24,000 nt of DNA from Bacillota bacterium (GTDB lineage: Bacteria > Bacillota > GCA-003054495 > Carboxydocellales > JAJZSN01). The DNA lies in contig JAJZSN010000001.1 of assembly GCA_021849745.1 (NCBI GenBank), positions 14,727-38,726 of the forward strand. The letters are read 5' to 3'. Below, one piece after another: positions 23,158 through 24,000 of the stretch. Position 1 is the first letter of the stretch. Every line of letters begins with the position of its first letter. The position numbers and the translations under genes were made by a program. The notes under the pieces are model-generated. The model made no database searches. It was not told the DNA's origin and worked only from the letters and a program-made list of their open reading frames with translations.

Positions 23158-24000
23158 TTAGCGAAAAGACCCAACCTTAACCTCTTGGTCTTCTCTGGTT
23201 AAACAGGCATATTGAATATTATCGCGAACATGGAGAATGGAGGTGCCAATTGTTACTTTTACCCCCGGATGGATAATACCTTCCACCATAACCCGGCCTC
23301 TTTCACTTTCTTGTAATTGATTTTCTAATTCTTGAACCTTTTCGCGAAGCTCTTGGGCATTGGCCGTTAGTTGATGATAGGAGCGGGTTACCTTAACCAA
23401 CATTACCTTTTTATCCTCAGCTAAACCTTGGGCTTGCTCTAAATGCTTTAGAAGAGTCAGGGCCTTTTGAGCTTTATCCAAGCTAATTTCTGTACCCTTT
23501 AGCTGAGCCGTGGTCTCTTCATACTGTTTACGGAGTTCAGGGTTAACCCCTGCTTCCAGTTCAGTGGCGGTAGCATAATTGGACCCGATTATTTTGGCAC
23601 TGATTTCATCCCCGGCTCGAACTAGGCCTCCCACAATAAGACCTTTGCGACCCCCAACCCTGACCGAACCTTTAGCGATGATCCTACTGTGCATAATAGC
23701 TTCACCTACAGTGATGTCGCCATTGGATTCCACTTCGGCATTTTCAATGAACTTAGCAAAAATATTTCCTTGAGCGGTCACAGGGGTCTTGTCTTTGTTG
23801 CTAAAAATGCCGTCTTTGACCTTTAAATGCCCCCCTGCAATAACCGAACCTCCGCCAATACTGCCATTTACTTCCACATCCCCAGCAGCTTTGACGGAAA
23901 ATCCTTGGCGTACAGAACCCTTGATGATTACACTACCCACAAAATCTATATTCCCTGAAGTAAAATCCACGTCCCCATTGACTTCAAAAACCGGGTATAC
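23158..24000 (-). CDS. FapA/DUF342 family protein (flagellar-assembly-associated), C-terminal part; 5' end outside window
   Basis: The frame stays open to the window edge (VYPVFEVNGDVDFTSGNIDFVGSVIIKGSV...). It has a repetitive G-x-V/I beta-helix-like segment, then a coiled coil (LTANAQELREKVQELENQLQESE) and a C-terminal 'VMVEGIIHPGVKVTIG', as in DUF342 proteins. Confidence 0.7.
   Translation of the reverse strand, partial: VYPVFEVNGDVDFTSGNIDFVGSVIIKGSVRQGFSVKAAGDVEVNGSIGGGSVIAGGHLKVKDGIFSNKDKTPVTAQGNIFAKFIENAEVESNGDITVGEAIMHSRIIAKGSVRVGGRKGLIVGGLVRAGDEISAKIIGSNYATATELEAGVNPELRKQYEETTAQLKGTEISLDKAQKALTLLKHLEQAQGLAEDKKVMLVKVTRSYHQLTANAQELREKVQELENQLQESERGRVMVEGIIHPGVKVTIGTSILHVRDNIQYACLTREDQEVKVGSFR

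Noticed and set aside
15409-23773. Short ORFs nested in or antisense to the right-half genes (for example 15409-15597, 15583-15801, 15895-16158, 16891-17106, 17669-17890, 18333-18515, 18553-18828, 19316-19618, 20028-20480, 20548-20866, 21237-21425, 21544-21825, 21922-22161, 22117-22416, 22893-23108, 23579-23773)
   Set aside because: All overlap better-supported genes or the heptamer and promoter region. None has a recognisable motif or ribosome-binding site.

Overview
The window spans a junction between an accessory island and a conserved housekeeping block of a Firmicute. The gene order and protein motifs look clostridial or Peptococcaceae-like, but that assignment is inference only.

(1) nt 1-9519, + strand: a visibly AT-rich, tightly packed glycan-assembly cluster. 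My spot counts of a few lines give roughly one-third G+C, against about one-half in the right half of the window. It encodes a partial glycosyltransferase (GT), a GT, a Wzm-like ABC-2 permease, and a Wzt-like ATPase with an extra C-terminal domain. These are followed by a methyltransferase with a long non-catalytic N-terminus, a GT4, a 793-aa double-GT fusion, and a DUF4214-like methyltransferase fusion.

(2) nt 9558-11450: a decay zone. It holds frameshifted, deleted IS3 and IS630 transposase remnants and a 25-bp perfect palindrome whose arms each match the sigma-54 -24/-12 consensus. It also holds a truncated PBECR-like ORF and a possible structured RNA followed by a terminator.

(3) nt 11500-24000, - strand: GNAT-ispG-rseP-dxr-ytvI-like-cdsA-uppS-(53-aa 2x[4Fe-4S] ferredoxin, absent from the ORF track)-frr-pyrH-tsf-rpsB. 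Upstream of these lie three small membrane or low-complexity genes and a partial FapA/DUF342 gene, which looks like the tail of a flagellar locus.

The most unusual sequence-level signal is a pair of intergenic elements (21381-21553 and 22703-22816) built from tandem heptamers (NNTAGYT)n facing their inverted copies.

I saw no rRNA, tRNA or CRISPR array, and no recognisable defence system. All family calls come from motif recognition by eye. No searches were run.
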